NCBI GenBank assembly: GCA_965372795.1
Contig: CBDVDR010000003.1
Coordinates: 96,001 to 160,000 of the forward strand
Direction of reading: 5' to 3'
DNA: 64,000 nucleotides
Source of the DNA: an uncultured bacterium
GTDB lineage: Bacteria > Zixibacteria > MSB-5A5 > GN15 > FEB-12
Within the stretch, counting starts at the first letter, position 1. Each line of letters opens with the position of its first letter. Below, piece by piece: positions 28,683 to 40,038 of this stretch. The notes beneath the pieces were generated by a model. It was not told the origin of the DNA. It made no database searches and saw only the letters and a program-made list of their open reading frames with translations. Both the position numbers and the translations under genes were made by a program.

Positions 28683-29390
28683 ATGACAGATAATGGACAG
28701 TATGACATTAATTTTTTCAGAGCAAAAACACCACACGCCAAAGCTAATAGAAATCTAATTATAACATTAGCATTAGTTTGGGCTGTAGCTGTTTTTGGGT
28801 TTCAATTTCTTCTTATAATATTTAACGAAGAAACTCCGGAAAAATCATATACTACATTTCAGTCCTTATGGCCGGCTGTGATTGAAAATTCAGAAGCCAG
28901 CCTGGAAGACAAGCAGGAATTTTCCAAAACTCTTCTTTCTGTCTTAGGAAAAAGCTCAACTGTAACAATTGCTCATCAAACTGTTCTAAAAGAAATGTTA
29001 AGTTGGAACATTTTTACAATGGTGTCGGATTCTGATAAAACTCTTCTTACTGAGAGACCGACTGAACAAACTATTTCATTGGCGAAAGAAACAATTGGAT
29101 TAGCGTCTACTGGGTTTGATAAGATTATGGTTAATCTTTTGCCATATTCAATTGTAAAAGTAGAATCAGGTTTGCTTAAACCGGCGACTAAAGAAGCACT
29201 TCCCAAAATAATGAAATTATATCTTGTTCATAATCAAAGTGAACTAACGAATTATAATTTTATAGGATTTCCTTTTCACTACTGGTATACAGCTCAATTC
29301 TTACTAATTCTGTTTGTTGTTCTTTGTTTAATTTATGCAATATTGATTGATCGATTCAACCGCAAACATAACTTCGTTGAAGAAGTCTAA
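28683..29390 (+). CDS. DUF4212-type solute symporter small subunit with large soluble insertion
   Basis: N-terminal ANRNLIITLALVWAVAVFG and C-terminal GFPFHYWYTAQFLLILFVVLCLIYA; directly upstream of a sodium:solute symporter. Confidence 0.75.
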   Translation: MTDNGQYDINFFRAKTPHAKANRNLIITLALVWAVAVFGFQFLLIIFNEETPEKSYTTFQSLWPAVIENSEASLEDKQEFSKTLLSVLGKSSTVTIAHQTVLKEMLSWNIFTMVSDSDKTLLTERPTEQTISLAKETIGLASTGFDKIMVNLLPYSIVKVESGLLKPATKEALPKIMKLYLVHNQSELTNYNFIGFPFHYWYTAQFLLILFVVLCLIYAILIDRFNRKHNFVEEV

Positions 29391-29416
29391 TTTAAAAAAT
29401 ATTATGGAGAAAAAGA

Positions 29417-31093
29417 GTGAGTAACATTATAAAAATACTATTATTGGTTACTATTTTAATACTAATCTCAGGCAATATATTTGCCCAATCTGATGTTAAA
29501 CTTGAAGGTGATTTCAAATTGGGACCTGCAATAATCCTTATAATTTTGTTGGTAACCTTTATTCTTGTTGGTGTTTTCAACAGAGCAAAAGACACTTCTA
29601 CCTATTGGGCTGCCGGAAGAAAGATTTCTCCTATCGGTGCCGGCATGGCTATAGCCTCTAACTGGATGAGTGCAGCATCTTTTTTGGGGATGGCGGCAAT
29701 TATGTATGGAGCCGGATATCACGGGTTAGCCTATGTTGTCGGATGGACTGGTGGATATGTATTACTGTTAATCCTTATGGCTGGTCAGATCAGGCGATAC
29801 GGAAAATACACTGCTGCTGATTTTATAGGTGATCGTTATTACTCTACTGGACTTAGAGGATATGGTGCCGCATTAGCAATTTTCATTTCATTTTCATATT
29901 GTGTTGGTCAGTTTGCCGGAATCGGTTTAATGTTTAAATGGATTCTGGGTATTGATTATGCCTGGGCTGTTATTATCGGAGCATCCGTTGTTTTAGCTTA
30001 TACATTAATTTCAGGAATGTTGGGTGTTACGAAAAACATGCAAATTCAATATGTAATCATCATCATATCCTTTATCATCCCCTTATTTATTATCAGCTAT
30101 AAATTGGGTTACTTCTATTGGCTGCCGCAGATTGGATACGGTGCTGTTATTACTGATGTTGTAAACGGGATTGCTCCAGGAAAAGGGTTATCTGCTTTGG
30201 GGCATGATTTTGCTATCTTGCCTTCACCAGAATTTGCAATGCCATGGGATCCGGCAACAGGTAAAACAGCCTTTCAATGGATTGCTATTTGTTTCTCATT
30301 GATGGTTGGTACTGCAGGGCTTCCTCATGTAATTCAAAGATTCTATGTTGTCCCAAGAGCCAAAGATGCCAGATGGTCTGTTGTCTGGGGATTATTTTTC
30401 ATTTGCATCCTTTACTGGAGTGCACCGGTTTATTCTGCATTTGGAAAAATTTTATCAGCCCATCCCGAAGTTGGTCAGTTGAATAAAGATGCGATTGTTG
30501 TTTATACTGCCCAGTTAGCAGATGTCTTACCATTAATAGTAGGCTTCTTAGCTGCCGGGGCTATTTCTGCTGCTTTCTCTACCGTTTCAGGTCTTTTAGT
30601 TGCCGGTGCATCTGCCTTCTCTCATGACATATATTTCAAAATTATTAATCCACAGGCCTCAGAGAAGAAACAGATGTTGATGGCAAGATTGGGAACAATT
30701 TTAATGGCAGTTGCTGTTGTTACTGTCGCACTGTTAAAATTGGGATTGATCGCTCAGTTAGTAGCTGTAGCTTTCTCATTGGCAGGATGTACCATTTTTC
30801 CATTGTTTGTTCTGGGTATCTGGTGGAGTGGTTCTAACAGAGCCGGTGCCTGGGCTGGTTTGATCGCAGGTTCATCGGTGTCGCTAATTGCTCTTGTCTA
30901 CTTTGTGACTGGGAAATATGGCGTAATACTTCCGTTACAGGAAACGATAACTTACTATTTAAATGCCTGGTACTTTGCTATTTTTGGAGCCCCGATTGCC
31001 TTGATTACAAATATTATTGTTTCAAAACTATCTAAGCAAAAAACACCGCTTGAAATTAAGAAATTACTGGCAGAAAAAGTACATAATTTATAA
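29417..31093 (+). CDS. Sodium:solute symporter, cation/acetate symporter (ActP-like) family
   Basis: GMAIASNWMSAASFLG, GTAGLPHVIQRFY, AAFSTVSGLL. Confidence 0.9.
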   Translation: MSNIIKILLLVTILILISGNIFAQSDVKLEGDFKLGPAIILIILLVTFILVGVFNRAKDTSTYWAAGRKISPIGAGMAIASNWMSAASFLGMAAIMYGAGYHGLAYVVGWTGGYVLLLILMAGQIRRYGKYTAADFIGDRYYSTGLRGYGAALAIFISFSYCVGQFAGIGLMFKWILGIDYAWAVIIGASVVLAYTLISGMLGVTKNMQIQYVIIIISFIIPLFIISYKLGYFYWLPQIGYGAVITDVVNGIAPGKGLSALGHDFAILPSPEFAMPWDPATGKTAFQWIAICFSLMVGTAGLPHVIQRFYVVPRAKDARWSVVWGLFFICILYWSAPVYSAFGKILSAHPEVGQLNKDAIVVYTAQLADVLPLIVGFLAAGAISAAFSTVSGLLVAGASAFSHDIYFKIINPQASEKKQMLMARLGTILMAVAVVTVALLKLGLIAQLVAVAFSLAGCTIFPLFVLGIWWSGSNRAGAWAGLIAGSSVSLIALVYFVTGKYGVILPLQETITYYLNAWYFAIFGAPIALITNIIVSKLSKQKTPLEIKKLLAEKVHNL

Positions 31094-31165
31094 AACTGAG
31101 AATTACTTTATAAGGATTTGAAAACGGGAACCGTCAAAACCAAAATTGCTTTTAAGGAGATAAGA

Positions 31166-32275
31166 ATGCGTAAATTTTTTACATTGCTAACAATTTTGCT
31201 TGTGATTGCAAACGCAAGTACATTGGTTGCCGAAGTAAAAATTTCAGGGGACGCTAAAATTCGTCCAAGATTGGATATCAAAGACAATGGTGAATTTGGT
31301 AACAAAACATCAAATGGTTATTATTATTATCTGGCACGTTTGAATTTAAAATCAGATATAGGCGAAGGCTGGTTTGGGCATATTCAACTTGGTAGCAATG
31401 GTTATGGCTATTTTACTGGTAAATTTGGCGACCCAATAGAATCAGGAGCATCTATACCAAGCAGTTCTTCTGTTGATGGCGCTAGTCGCGGTCCGGTTGA
31501 TTTTATGCTTGTTTATTTTGGTCGTCATACCAAAAAGCTCGGGTATATGGGTGGCTTGATGCCAGTCAATGGAATTACTAATCCGATGTTCGATTTACAC
31601 TACTATTCTGACAAAATGGTTGATGTTCCTTACTACCTCTATAGTAACAATGGAGCTTATGGATTTAGTGGATACGTTGGTTTTGAGAATGGTGGGAAAA
31701 TTAATGCATCAATCTTTGTTGATAACAATGATGGCGTCAGAACAGAAAACAGAAGTGGTGTGATAACTGAAGATATCATAGATCAATATACTTTAATGTT
31801 AGATGCTCCTCTAATCATTTCAGATTTTACAGTACAGCCGGTATTACTTTTTACAGCCGTTGTTCAGGATTCAACAGAGGCACCAATTACTTATGGTCTT
31901 AATATATCAACTCCAAAAATCGTTCTGTTTAATTTTTATGGTTCTTTTGGAATTAGTTCTCAGAAGGAAGAGGGCACTTCGGAATACAAGGCTTGGTATA
32001 TCAGAACTAAAGCGGTTGGTAAAATAGGTACGGGAACCTTTACAGCCTGGTATGACATCGCTAAGAAAACTTTTGAGTTACCAGTTAGAAATACCGTTCA
32101 CGACTTTGGTTATATGTGGCTCTCATATACTATACCGGTTTACAAGAGTGATAATGGATCTATCTCAATTAAACCAACTTGGCGTCACATCACTGAGAAA
32201 GTTGAAGTTGATGGGATTGACACAAAGGATTTTGTCAGAAATAAATTTGAAGTAGCGATTGATTTCAAATTTTAA
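31166..32275 (+). CDS. Putative outer-membrane beta-barrel porin
   Basis: ATG at 31166 after aaggag; signal peptide; alternating beta-strand pattern; C-terminal Phe (IDFKF). Confidence 0.7.
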   Translation: MRKFFTLLTILLVIANASTLVAEVKISGDAKIRPRLDIKDNGEFGNKTSNGYYYYLARLNLKSDIGEGWFGHIQLGSNGYGYFTGKFGDPIESGASIPSSSSVDGASRGPVDFMLVYFGRHTKKLGYMGGLMPVNGITNPMFDLHYYSDKMVDVPYYLYSNNGAYGFSGYVGFENGGKINASIFVDNNDGVRTENRSGVITEDIIDQYTLMLDAPLIISDFTVQPVLLFTAVVQDSTEAPITYGLNISTPKIVLFNFYGSFGISSQKEEGTSEYKAWYIRTKAVGKIGTGTFTAWYDIAKKTFELPVRNTVHDFGYMWLSYTIPVYKSDNGSISIKPTWRHITEKVEVDGIDTKDFVRNKFEVAIDFKF

Positions 32276-32376
32276 TAAAATATTTACAGGTTCTCAAATA
32301 ATTAAGGACATGTAATTTTATAACATTTGAATCGTGTAAATAAATGTGGATTGCTGCGAAAATTAAAAAACGAATT

Positions 32377-34761
32377 TTAAGAATTTATAGAAAAGTGGGG
32401 ATCCTGCTGGATTTCCTTTTCAGAAGGACCTGACCCTGACTCGAGGGCTTCTTTAACATACAACGATGAATTAATTTTATCATTTATAAGAGCGTAACAT
32501 CGGGCAATCAGATATTTTATATCAGCTTCAATCTCATCATGATTGAGAATATTTTCTAAATGATTGAGGACCTCGGGATGATTGCCAATTCCTGCATAAG
32601 CAAGAGCCCGATAAGCGGCGATATGCATATTTTCTGGTTTAGCAATATCATATTTATTAGTTTGTTTTAATACTTCTGTAAAATGAATCGTAGCAGCTGA
32701 TTGATTTTTGCATAATAATTCAGTTAATCCCAAATAGTATTCAGCAACAAATGGAAAATAACCGGATTCAATAGACAAACTAAATTGAATACGGGCTTCA
32801 CTATATTCTTTTTTAATTAAATAAATATAGCCAGAATCTATATAACAATTCGGTTCACCTTTATATTTTATGGCAAAGCTCAATTTTTCGAGGGCAATAT
32901 CAAGAGCGCCAAGTTTCATATAATTTTGTCCCAGTAAATAATATGCTCGTCCGTAATCAGGTCCCAACTCAATAGCTCGTTCAAGGGTTGCCATTGCAAT
33001 AGTATATTTTTTTTGATTAATACTAATTAAACCAAGCAGCAAATGAGTTTCCAGATCAACCGGAGCAAGCTTCAACGCTTTTTTTGTCCAGTAAGTTGCA
33101 TCCTCAAGATTATCCTGTCCTGCTTTTAACCAGCCCAGTGTTCGATAAGCGATAGCGTATTTGGGATTTAGATCAATCGCTTTCATTAGGCTTTCTTCAG
33201 CTTTTCCCTGTTCTCCGGTAAACATATAATATCTTGCCAATGAACGATGGGCTTCCGGAAGTTTTTGATTAAGCTCTATCGCTCGAAGTGCTTCTTTATG
33301 AGCATTATTGATGCGATCTTCGGAACGATCATAAAATGCCATATACATAAATGTATGAACATCCGCTAAACCGGCATGAGCCAGCGCCAGAGTGGGATCA
33401 ATCTCAATCGCTTTTGTATACATCTCTATCGCAAATTGTAAATCATCGGGTTTATTGGTTTGGTAATAACTTTTACCTTTTAGATAATAATCATAAGCTG
33501 TAACATCAGCGGTGAATTCTTCTTCAACATCAAATGCTTCCGAATCAGTCGCTTTCGCAAGATTGATTGATGCGAGTTCAGTTGCTTTAGCCAGGATTTC
33601 AAAAAGATTATCAGCATCATCAGTAAATTTTTCACTCCAAATAATTTCTTCACCATTATTGCCATAAATAGTTAAGCTCAATTTTATTTTTTCTCTAAAT
33701 AACATTAATGTGCCAACAATTACAAAATCACTTCTCAATCGCTCAAAGGTTTCTTTAATATTTCTTTGATGTGCCGTTGATGGTTCAGCTGTGACAACTA
33801 AATCAGTTCGGCGTGATATCTCAGTTATGACATCATCAGTAAACCCCTGACAAAAATAATCAAATTCAGTTTTGTTAGCCAAATTTTTTATTTCTACAAC
33901 TGTAACTTTTTGCTTAGGTTTTTCCCACTCAAGATCAACTGCCGGTACGCCTTCTTTGCGACAATTATTTATATACTCAATTAGTTGTTCAGTATTTTCA
34001 AAACGATCTTCTGTTTTTTTCGCCAGTAGTTTTGAAACCAGAGCATCAATCCATATCGGAAGTTCCTGATTAAGTTTTGATGGTTGAATAGGGTCTTCAT
34101 GAAGAATCGAATAAATAATACTCGCGCTATAGGCGCCTTCAAAGGGGCGTTGCTTTGTAAACAGTTCGTAGAGGATTACTCCAAAACTAAACAGGTCTGA
34201 TCCGGTTGTCAATAATTCACCCGACACCTGCTCGGGAGAGAGATAGTAAAGAGTACCTTCAATATCACCAAATTCATCAATCTCCGAAGCATCAACCGGT
34301 TTAGCAATGCCAAAATCAAGGATTTTGGGTTGGACGTCCTCATCTACCAAAATATTTTCAGGTTTTAAATCACGGTGGATTAAGCCAACGGCATGAGCGG
34401 CCCCGATTCCCTCAGCTATCTTTAGAGCTAAATCTATTTTGATATCTTGATCAAAACTTTCAAGCAGTTCTCTCAATTCCTTCCCTAAAATATATTCTAA
34501 TGCCAGGTATGGGATGCCATCAATTTCAGCATATTCATAAACTTTGACAACATAAGGTGAATCTATTTTGGCTGTAAGTTCGGCTTCGTTGGCAAGATTT
34601 GCACGAAACTCATCGGATTGGGCAAATTCTTCGCTAAGCACTTTAAGGGCAACCACCCGACTGTTAATTGTATCATGGGCTAAAAAGACCTCACCCATGC
34701 CACCCTTGCCAAGGCTTTTCTGGATTTTATAATGGCCAAATAATGAACCGTTTTCAAGCAT
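32377..34761 (-). CDS. Ser/Thr protein kinase + TolB-like + TPR
   Basis: GKGGMGEV, HRDLKPEN, DFG, YLSPE; FCQGFTDDVITEIS; TPRs. Confidence 0.9.
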   Translation of the reverse strand: MLENGSLFGHYKIQKSLGKGGMGEVFLAHDTINSRVVALKVLSEEFAQSDEFRANLANEAELTAKIDSPYVVKVYEYAEIDGIPYLALEYILGKELRELLESFDQDIKIDLALKIAEGIGAAHAVGLIHRDLKPENILVDEDVQPKILDFGIAKPVDASEIDEFGDIEGTLYYLSPEQVSGELLTTGSDLFSFGVILYELFTKQRPFEGAYSASIIYSILHEDPIQPSKLNQELPIWIDALVSKLLAKKTEDRFENTEQLIEYINNCRKEGVPAVDLEWEKPKQKVTVVEIKNLANKTEFDYFCQGFTDDVITEISRRTDLVVTAEPSTAHQRNIKETFERLRSDFVIVGTLMLFREKIKLSLTIYGNNGEEIIWSEKFTDDADNLFEILAKATELASINLAKATDSEAFDVEEEFTADVTAYDYYLKGKSYYQTNKPDDLQFAIEMYTKAIEIDPTLALAHAGLADVHTFMYMAFYDRSEDRINNAHKEALRAIELNQKLPEAHRSLARYYMFTGEQGKAEESLMKAIDLNPKYAIAYRTLGWLKAGQDNLEDATYWTKKALKLAPVDLETHLLLGLISINQKKYTIAMATLERAIELGPDYGRAYYLLGQNYMKLGALDIALEKLSFAIKYKGEPNCYIDSGYIYLIKKEYSEARIQFSLSIESGYFPFVAEYYLGLTELLCKNQSAATIHFTEVLKQTNKYDIAKPENMHIAAYRALAYAGIGNHPEVLNHLENILNHDEIEADIKYLIARCYALINDKINSSLYVKEALESGSGPSEKEIQQDPHFSINS

Positions 34762-34875
34762 GTATTAAAATAAACAGATTTGGATGAACTTAGCAATAAA
34801 ATTAGTTGTTGTAAAAAGAGAAGAAACCATTTAATTGTTATATCGAGTACATTGGTCTATTAAGGGGAATGAATC

Positions 34876-36162
34876 ATGCCAGAGATATCAGATCAGGAAT
34901 ATAACCGCCTGAAACAGGCAGTCGAAGAATTGACGACTTTAAACAAAATTGCTAATTCAATAAATTTAACAATGACCGTCGATCAAATTTCAAGTAATAT
35001 CGTCGAGCATTGTCGAAAGAGAGTTAAAGCGGGGCAGGGAGTAATCTTTCTTTTGGATGATGAAGAAAAAGTGGAAGACCGCTTTAAAACATTTGTCAGA
35101 GATATGGCTCCTAAAAAAAATCAACTCCCCTTTCATCTCAATAATAGTCTTTTGGGATGGATGTTAAAAAACAAAGATATTCTCATTAGCAATACGCCCA
35201 ACAGTGATGATCGGCTGCGAGGTGTCGATTTTGATAAACTTGGAATGGATTCTTTAATTGCCGCTCCTTTATTGTCGCGACGGGGATTGATTGGCATTCT
35301 GGTATTGTATAATAAAACCGGTGGGAATGGATTTGAAGAGCTTGATAAAAGATTTCTTGGAATTGTCGGGACTCAGGTTACAAAGGTAATTGAAGATGCT
35401 CGTCTGATTGATAAAGAACGTAAACTAAATAGCATCGAAAAAGAAATAAAAGTCGCTAAGACTATTCAGGAAGGATTTCTTCCCAAAAACAATATTGTTA
35501 ATGATCAATTTGAAATATATGGTTTTAATATTCCTGCTAAAGAAGTAGGCGGTGATTATTATGATATGATTCCTCTTGATGATAATCGGGTCTTTGTATC
35601 ACTTGGTGATATTTCGGGCAAAGGAATGCCGGCAGCCTTGTTGACGGGCAATGCCCAAGCGGTGTTACGTTCACAAATTCATCAATCAAGAGATATTAAT
35701 CTACCTGAATTAGCTGATTGCTTAAATAATCTTATTTACCAATTTACAAGTTCAGAACAATATATAACGGCTTTATTTGGAATTTTTAACAAAGCAGAAA
35801 ATAAACTTTCTTATATAAACGCCGGACACCTTCCACCGACAATTGTTAGGAATAATGGCACGATTGAAAGCCATGACCTTGCGAATTTGGTTATCGGAGT
35901 AGTGCCGGATGCCCCCTTTAATACCTACGAACTATTTCTCGAAAAGGGAGAGTCAGCTTACATTTTCACAGATGGTATAACCGAAGCTATGAATGAAAAT
36001 GATGAACAATTTGGAGATGATCGGTTTAATGAAATATTAATTAAGAATATTGGTAAAAAGCCTGAACATGTCTGTTCTGAAATCCGTAGAGAAATTATTC
36101 GGTTTCGAGGAAAAGCTGAACAATCAGATGACATAACTGTCTTAACAATTAAAAATGGTTAA
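34876..36162 (+). CDS. GAF + SpoIIE/RsbU-type PP2C phosphatase
   Basis: VGGDYYD, GDISGKGMPAA, NAGHLP, FTDGITEA, QSDDITV. Confidence 0.9.
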   Translation: MPEISDQEYNRLKQAVEELTTLNKIANSINLTMTVDQISSNIVEHCRKRVKAGQGVIFLLDDEEKVEDRFKTFVRDMAPKKNQLPFHLNNSLLGWMLKNKDILISNTPNSDDRLRGVDFDKLGMDSLIAAPLLSRRGLIGILVLYNKTGGNGFEELDKRFLGIVGTQVTKVIEDARLIDKERKLNSIEKEIKVAKTIQEGFLPKNNIVNDQFEIYGFNIPAKEVGGDYYDMIPLDDNRVFVSLGDISGKGMPAALLTGNAQAVLRSQIHQSRDINLPELADCLNNLIYQFTSSEQYITALFGIFNKAENKLSYINAGHLPPTIVRNNGTIESHDLANLVIGVVPDAPFNTYELFLEKGESAYIFTDGITEAMNENDEQFGDDRFNEILIKNIGKKPEHVCSEIRREIIRFRGKAEQSDDITVLTIKNG

Positions 36163-36175
36163 TATTTTAAACTTC

Positions 36176-38905
36176 TTACGGACATACCATAGGTGGCGCA
36201 CCGCCATCAAAAACGTATCTCACCAGAAACGCTAAATCAATAATATTAATTTCCCCTTCTGGATCACCATTGACATTACTTGCATCACTACATGGCGGAT
36301 GAGGACCGCCCAGGAAAAGATAGTCGACAAGAAATGTTATATCACTCATGTCAAGCACGCCCTGCGTGTCACCATTAACATTGCCAGTAAATCCAAAGCA
36401 ACAAACTCCGGTAATATATACCGCAAATGTTCTTGAATAGTCAGACCAACTGTTACCATCGTTATATTTATAGCGCCAATAAAATACAGAATCATTTCCA
36501 AGTGGAACTTCCGGTTGGTACTCAGGAAGAAGCAAACCAGTTATGTCAAAAATAGGATTTCTGAAATCATAATAACGATCAAGTTGGATTTGGTATTCTT
36601 CGATATTGGCAATAGTATCAACCTGTCGATCCCATTCAAATAAAGGTCGAGAACGATCAGTAGGCATTCCATTGGGAGGTTGGATTGATGAAATTTCTTC
36701 AACCGTATAATAAAACACTAAACTATCAACCAATGTCTTTATATTTCCGGAGGCGTTATAATTTAAAAATGAAATTGCCTGCTGTGATCCGTTTATTCCT
36801 ATAGCGATTGACATTGTTCCTTCATCGCTTGCTTCCGGTTCCATATCAGCGACAATAACGTATTCTCCATATTCCAAATTATAATCCATAGTTCTATCGT
36901 CGAGTGATCCATCACTGTCAACATCAAGTTCCTGAAATTCAGAACCGGCAACGGTTTGAATATCCTCGGAAATAATATAGCCATCAGGATTGTAGACTCT
37001 TACGGTTGTCTCGTCAAAGGCGGTAACAGTCATTTGATCAATTAGTATATCGGCACTGTCAGAAGGAGTAGTTGCCACCAACAAATCACCCCCATTAAGG
37101 GCGCCAGAAATAAAATCAAAATTACCATCCCGATCTAAATCCAAAGATGCCAGAGCATATGTTTGTGAATTACTGGTTTGAAGATCAACATAGCTTGGTC
37201 CTTCAAAATTACCGCTCCCATCTCCAAAATAAATCTCAAGCTTTTGGGTAGTGCCATTGGCAATTATCATTTCCAAATTCCCATCCCGATCAGCATCAGC
37301 AACAGCCAAATTATAGGCAATCCCATACACTCGAATAGTATCAGATTTTAGCAATGAACCGGTACCATCTCCAAGAGCATAGGTAATCATGCTTTCATTT
37401 GTTGAGTTTGTCAATGGAACCACCTGGGCAAAATCACAATTACCGTCATCATTAAAATCAACAACGATAGAAGCAGGAGTCAAATCAATTTTTGTATCAC
37501 CAACAAAAATTGAAACTGATTGTTGAAATCCTCCATTGGTATCGTTGAGTAAGATTTTTGTCGAATCTCCATCTATACCGATAACGTCATCATATCCATC
37601 ATTGTTAAAATCACATGAATTGACCGCTTTAAAATTTGTACCAAGCGAAATTCCGGAATTAAAAACATTTAGATCATTGCCATAACGAATTTGATCCGGA
37701 GCAATGATCAAATCAACATAAATATCAGAATTAAAATGACCAGTAACGAATGAAGGTGCGTTTAGTTCCAATAGGATATTTGAATATTTACTGGAAGCAT
37801 TTAAGTTGGTGATCGGAATTGATTCTATATCAAAATTACGATTTCCAAGATTGTATAGGATATAAATATTATTAAGTGTGACAGCAATTATATCAACTAA
37901 GGTATCAGCATTAACATAACCAACATCTAATGCCGCTTGCTTTATCGCGAGATAACTTATCGGTTGTTCCGGATTTGATTCACCCGTACCAAAGGCAATA
38001 AACAATCCTTCAATTGAATTTCCGGTATAAATTATATCGGTATGGTTGTCACGGTCAAGATCAACCGTTTTAACATAATAAATATCAGCCGAATCATTGC
38101 CAACAATTTCATATGGCAATATCGAGCTGTCACAATGATGTAATATTTCAATAAAGAAACAATCGTTTGCAGATGAGAAATTAACTGATTCACTCGGATT
38201 ACAAGCCGAGTTCGGTTGTTCACCGGCTTCGGGAGCTCTTTCACCTGCATATTTAACGCGTACACTCAAACTTCCATAACTGTAAAGGGTATCAATGCCA
38301 CCAATAGAAAAACAGGCCAATCCGGATTCATCTGTTACAGCAAACAGATTCGGTGATTCTCCGGCATCAAGCCCGCAATCATCAAACCCCGGAGATAATT
38401 CCAAAGTCCTGCCAGCTAATGGAGCCAATGAGCCGTCTTCGCACTCCTGATATAAGCCGGCACAAAATTCGATTACACTTGATGACGATAGAGTGTCAGG
38501 GCATACCAGTCCATTAAAAGTTGTTTCAAATTGAAGGATGGTTGAGCTGCTATTTAAAAATGTAGAAGTACCTAATCCTGTATTTGGATCAGTTGCACGA
38601 AATTCAATATTTTCAACACTTGAAAGATCATTAGTTAATTTCCAGTCAAGACTGAAACTTCCCTCAGAATCACTAATTACTGATTGACTCTGATGAACTG
38701 TGCCAGCCTGATTGTCAGAGGTATAGTAAATCTCGTCAATTTGCAAATTTGTTAATTCAGAAAATAATTTGCCTTCGATTAAAATAATATCTCCGGAGAA
38801 ATAGCTGTTGCCAATAAGTTTCAAATTAGCAGACATCAATGGAACAGCAAGAAAGACTATTAAAATATTAGACAAAAAAATTCTTAACCCATTTGGGTTA
38901 TTCAT
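36176..38905 (-). CDS. Secreted FG-GAP repeat protein with dockerin-like C-terminus
   Basis: DLDRDNHTD, DFNNDGYDD and DADRDGNLE repeats; CCFGFTGNVNGD..DMSDITFLVDYLF. Confidence 0.85.
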   Translation of the reverse strand: MNNPNGLRIFLSNILIVFLAVPLMSANLKLIGNSYFSGDIILIEGKLFSELTNLQIDEIYYTSDNQAGTVHQSQSVISDSEGSFSLDWKLTNDLSSVENIEFRATDPNTGLGTSTFLNSSSTILQFETTFNGLVCPDTLSSSSVIEFCAGLYQECEDGSLAPLAGRTLELSPGFDDCGLDAGESPNLFAVTDESGLACFSIGGIDTLYSYGSLSVRVKYAGERAPEAGEQPNSACNPSESVNFSSANDCFFIEILHHCDSSILPYEIVGNDSADIYYVKTVDLDRDNHTDIIYTGNSIEGLFIAFGTGESNPEQPISYLAIKQAALDVGYVNADTLVDIIAVTLNNIYILYNLGNRNFDIESIPITNLNASSKYSNILLELNAPSFVTGHFNSDIYVDLIIAPDQIRYGNDLNVFNSGISLGTNFKAVNSCDFNNDGYDDVIGIDGDSTKILLNDTNGGFQQSVSIFVGDTKIDLTPASIVVDFNDDGNCDFAQVVPLTNSTNESMITYALGDGTGSLLKSDTIRVYGIAYNLAVADADRDGNLEMIIANGTTQKLEIYFGDGSGNFEGPSYVDLQTSNSQTYALASLDLDRDGNFDFISGALNGGDLLVATTPSDSADILIDQMTVTAFDETTVRVYNPDGYIISEDIQTVAGSEFQELDVDSDGSLDDRTMDYNLEYGEYVIVADMEPEASDEGTMSIAIGINGSQQAISFLNYNASGNIKTLVDSLVFYYTVEEISSIQPPNGMPTDRSRPLFEWDRQVDTIANIEEYQIQLDRYYDFRNPIFDITGLLLPEYQPEVPLGNDSVFYWRYKYNDGNSWSDYSRTFAVYITGVCCFGFTGNVNGDTQGVLDMSDITFLVDYLFLGGPHPPCSDASNVNGDPEGEINIIDLAFLVRYVFDGGAPPMVCP

Positions 38906-39285
38906 ATTTTTTTCCCTTTTGAATCTGTTTTGTTTAAGCTAATAAGTGATACGTAGATAATTATGATCTACGATAATAGAAATTATCAATTTTTGCAATA
39001 ATAATATTTTATATGATAATTTGAATCTAATTACGGGATTTTGCTTGCCGGATAATGCTATATATTGTGCATAACTTATTATTTATTATAGAATTAGGGC
39101 TGAAATACAGGCTCTAATTAATTCCTGTTAACAATTTAATCTTATTTAGTCGGGGATTTAAATTTGGTTCGCCTCTTTGAGTCTGACGGTGTATTTAAAT
39201 TACTTTCAAATGTTTAGTATAATTCTCATATAATATTATTGTAAATTATTTTCCATGCAACCTAAGGCAGTTATTTTCCTAATAA

Positions 39286-39314
39286 TTGACAAGATAGTAT
39301 TTTAATAGTATCAT
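39286..39314 (+). promoter_or_regulatory. Sigma70-like promoter of rubrerythrin
   Basis: ttgaca-N17-tatcat. Confidence 0.6.
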
Positions 39315-39347
39315 CTCTCATAGATAAATAAATTTTGAGAGGAATAA

Positions 39348-39926
39348 ATGGATAAAAACATTAAAGGCACCCAAACAGAAAAGAATTTGCTGATCGCCTT
39401 TGCCGGAGAATCTCAGGCAAGAAACAGATATACATATTATGCCGGCGCTGCCAAAAAAGAAGGCTTGGTGCAGATTTCTGAAATATTTGCAGAAACGGCC
39501 AATCAGGAAAAAGAACATGCCAAAAGATTTTTCAAATTTCTTGATGGCGGTGAGGTACAGATTACCGAAACATTTCCTGCCGGTAAAATTGCAACTACCC
39601 TTGAAAATTTAAGAGACGCCGCTGCCGGTGAAGAACATGAATGGACCGTGATGTATCCTGATTTTGCAAAAGTAGCCAGAGAAGAGGGCTTTAAAAAAAT
39701 TGCAACGGCTTTCGAGGCTATTTCAATTGCAGAAAAGCAGCATGGTAAACGCTACAAAGAACTTGCTGATAACCTTGAAGCTGGAAAAGTTTTTAAAAGA
39801 GATGGCAAAGTTGTTTGGCGATGTAGAAATTGTGGCTATTTGCATGAAGCTCAAGAGGCACCAAATTTATGTATTGCCTGTTTACATCCTCAAGCACATT
39901 TTGAATTATTAGGTGAGAACTGGTAA
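39348..39926 (+). CDS. rbr: Rubrerythrin
   Basis: AFAGESQARNRY, EKEHA and EKQH diiron ligands; C-terminal CRNCG...CIAC rubredoxin-like site. Confidence 0.95.
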   Translation: MDKNIKGTQTEKNLLIAFAGESQARNRYTYYAGAAKKEGLVQISEIFAETANQEKEHAKRFFKFLDGGEVQITETFPAGKIATTLENLRDAAAGEEHEWTVMYPDFAKVAREEGFKKIATAFEAISIAEKQHGKRYKELADNLEAGKVFKRDGKVVWRCRNCGYLHEAQEAPNLCIACLHPQAHFELLGENW

Positions 39927-40038
39927 AATAATTTCCCCATCGAATTATATCTTGAATATCAGGGTCACAATGGTTTTACCTGACTGACTCTGATGTTGTC
40001 TATTATATAAACCCAATAAATATTAAATAAATTAATTA

